A DNA stretch of 63,791 nucleotides, counting the filler, from Octopus bimaculoides (lineage: Eukaryota), in NCBI RefSeq assembly GCF_001194135.2. It is 6 parts of 5 records of this genome, joined end to end, with 100 filler letters (N's around TTAATTAATTAA, not from the genome) between each part and the next. Parts side by side here need not be neighbours in the genome. Positions count along the whole stretch, not along the records: positions 37,175 to 62,393 come from NC_068982.1; positions 62,494 to 63,791 come from NC_069007.1; 4 more parts are not named here. One strand, given 5' to 3'. Under the pieces are notes generated by a model that was given only the letters and a program-made list of their open reading frames with translations, had not been told where the DNA came from and searched no databases. The translations under genes and the position numbers were made by a program. Each line of letters starts with the position of its first letter. Positions within the stretch are counted from its first letter, which is position 1. Of the stretch, positions 61,890-63,791 are shown in pieces.

Positions 61890-62050
61890 TTTCTTTATTC
61901 TCTTATTTGTTTCAGTCATTTGACTGCGGCCATGCTGGAACACCATCTTAGGGGTTTTGCTCGAACAAATCGACCCCGGGGCTTATTGTTTGTAAGCCTA
62001 GTACATATTCTATTATTCACTTTAGCCGAACCGCTAAGTAACGGGGACAT
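61890..62050 (-). mobile_element. OR-like SINE 3' fragment
   Basis: TTTCAGTCATTTGACTGCGGCCATGCTGG..CCGAACCGCTAAGT.ACGGGGAC. Confidence 0.8.
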
Positions 62051-62325
62051 TTCCCATAAAGTGCTACTTGCTGTCGTAGTAATATTTTATGAATAGAGTA
62101 ATAAATAATTTGATATATCAACAGAAATTACAAACGGTCGGCATTCTTCGTTTCATATGGCATTTCTTTATCGAAATTTGCTTCAATTCTCAATCACTCA
62201 ATAATATTGACATCATAGAAAATATAAAGAGAGCGAATTAGTTTGAATTTTCGATGAAAGTTAGCAGAGTCAAAAAAGGCAAACACTTTTGTTATATATA
62301 TAAACATACTTACGGACATACATAC

Positions 62326-62393
<68 letters not shown>

Positions 62394-62493
62394 NNNNNNN
62401 NNNNNNNNNNNNNNNNNNNNNNNNNNNNNNNNNNNNNTTAATTAATTAANNNNNNNNNNNNNNNNNNNNNNNNNNNNNNNNNNNNNNNNNNNN
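62394..62493. other. Artificial scaffold-joining linker
   Basis: N44-TTAATTAATTAA-N44. Confidence 0.95.
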
Positions 62494-62574
62494 TATATAT
62501 ATATATATTCTTTTACTCTTCCACTCGTTTCAGCCATGTTGTTGCAGTCATGCTGGAGCACCACCATGGTCTTG

Positions 62575-63600
62575 CTGATTTCTTGAATCTGGGGTGTTTC
62601 ACATCACCACTCCTGTATGTGCCTTTGTCCCAGCTGTTGGCCCATTTGATGTATAAGGGAGTTTGATTCCGCTGCCCTCGTCTGTACCTCATGCCAGGCT
62701 GTTGATTCATCCAGTATTGTAGAGAAAAGGATTTCTAGATCCTTTTTGAAGCCACCTACTTCCACCACATGTAGATTTCTTAATTTTTGTAGCAAAGCAT
62801 TGAAGAGCTGTGGGCCTTTGAACCCTAGGCTATTGCAGGACCTTGTCCTGAATTTAGACGGAGTGGATGGTACCTTTGGTACAATACAATGGCGGCCAGT
62901 TCTGGCATTTGTATAATACTCAATGCCAAAATTAGGTAGTGGCCCTTCTAGAGTTTTCCCTATGAAGACTATTATATACCTGTTGCACCTTCACTCCAGA
63001 GAGTGAAGTTGCAGTTTTTTTTAGCCTATCCCTGTAGCTCATCCGCTGCACTGTTTCAGTCTTTTTAATGTAGTGGCGTTGGACTGCTTCAAGCTCCACT
63101 GTTTGTTTGGCACAATGTGGTGGCCATAACTGAGAGCAGTAGTCCAGGCAGCTGAGAACCAAAGTTCGTCATAGTGTTGACATAGTTTCTTGGTTTCTTA
63201 TCTTGAAGGACCTTAGTACCCATCCTTTCAGTTGTCTGCACTTTGCTACCATCTTGATAATCTGCATATGAAATGATGCATCATTGCACATACTGATCTC
63301 CAAGTCTTTCTGCATGTGACCCTGAGATTGCAGTGCCTTTGGGTCCTGTATATATAGACTGTAGTGTATTCATGAGTTGATAGTGCTGTGCTTGAAATTT
63401 TCCAGCATGTTGTTTACTTTGGCCCACTTGTATATCAAATTCAGGTCCTGCTGTAAGCTTGTGACGTCATTGCCTTTGATAATCTTGTATCATAGATATA
63501 GCTAGTAACCGTGGCTGTCCAAGTAACCGTGGGCATGTTTAAGAGGACTATTATGAACAGTAATGGCCCCAGAACAGTTTTCTGATGGTCGCCACTTCAA
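62575..63600 (-). mobile_element. CR1-type LINE 3' fragment (RT to 3' end)
   Basis: TVLGPLLFIIV (RT), KDLEI, GWVLRSFK, LSCLDYCSQLWPP..LEAVQRH, FKGPQLFNAL, FKKDLE. Confidence 0.9.
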
Positions 63601-63791
63601 TTATTGTGTATCAGTGAAAATATGTGGTTGTAGTTGTCTTCTGACTGCTACTTTTAGCGTGCTGGTGCTATCTGTAGAAACCTTAATTATTAATTAATAA
63701 TTTTTTACCTCATGGTATTTTTTTATGCATGCTATGCCGCGTGATATTATAGCAAACAATAATATCCTTTAATATATATATATATATGTAT

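Overview
AT-rich animal genomic DNA, most likely Octopus. This is inferred from the tRNA-derived SINE families, the style of the single-exon C2H2 zinc-finger array and the dense (TA)n/(CA)n microsatellites. The window is not contiguous. Five identical 100-bp spacers (N44-TTAATTAATTAA-N44) join six independent scaffolds: 1-10619, 10720-25120, 25221-29780, 29881-37074, 37175-62393 and 62494-63791. Only two host coding segments are supportable. One is a tandem C2H2 zinc-finger gene (3293/3406-4179) with a frameshifted first finger. The other is a single 1.2-kb internal exon (16536-17731) resembling the N-terminal regulatory region of an inositol-trisphosphate 3-kinase (ITPKB-like). The rest is mobile DNA: an internally deleted Gypsy LTR element, mariner/Tc1 remnants, hAT- and piggyBac-type MITEs, CR1-like, RTE and R4/Dong-like LINE fragments, a Penelope-like fragment, and many SINEs. 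The most interesting observations are: a minimal type I hammerhead ribozyme (43827-43876, minus); a candidate recursive splice site followed by a 45-nt exon with stops in all three frames (39845-39919); a foldback element enclosing a tRNA-like core just downstream of the zinc-finger gene (4681-5098); a decayed -1 frameshift signal in the Gypsy gag-pro junction; and a Tyr codon that A-to-I editing could restore to Cys. An Illumina adapter remnant is also present. All comparisons were done by eye and coordinates of degenerate repeats are approximate.
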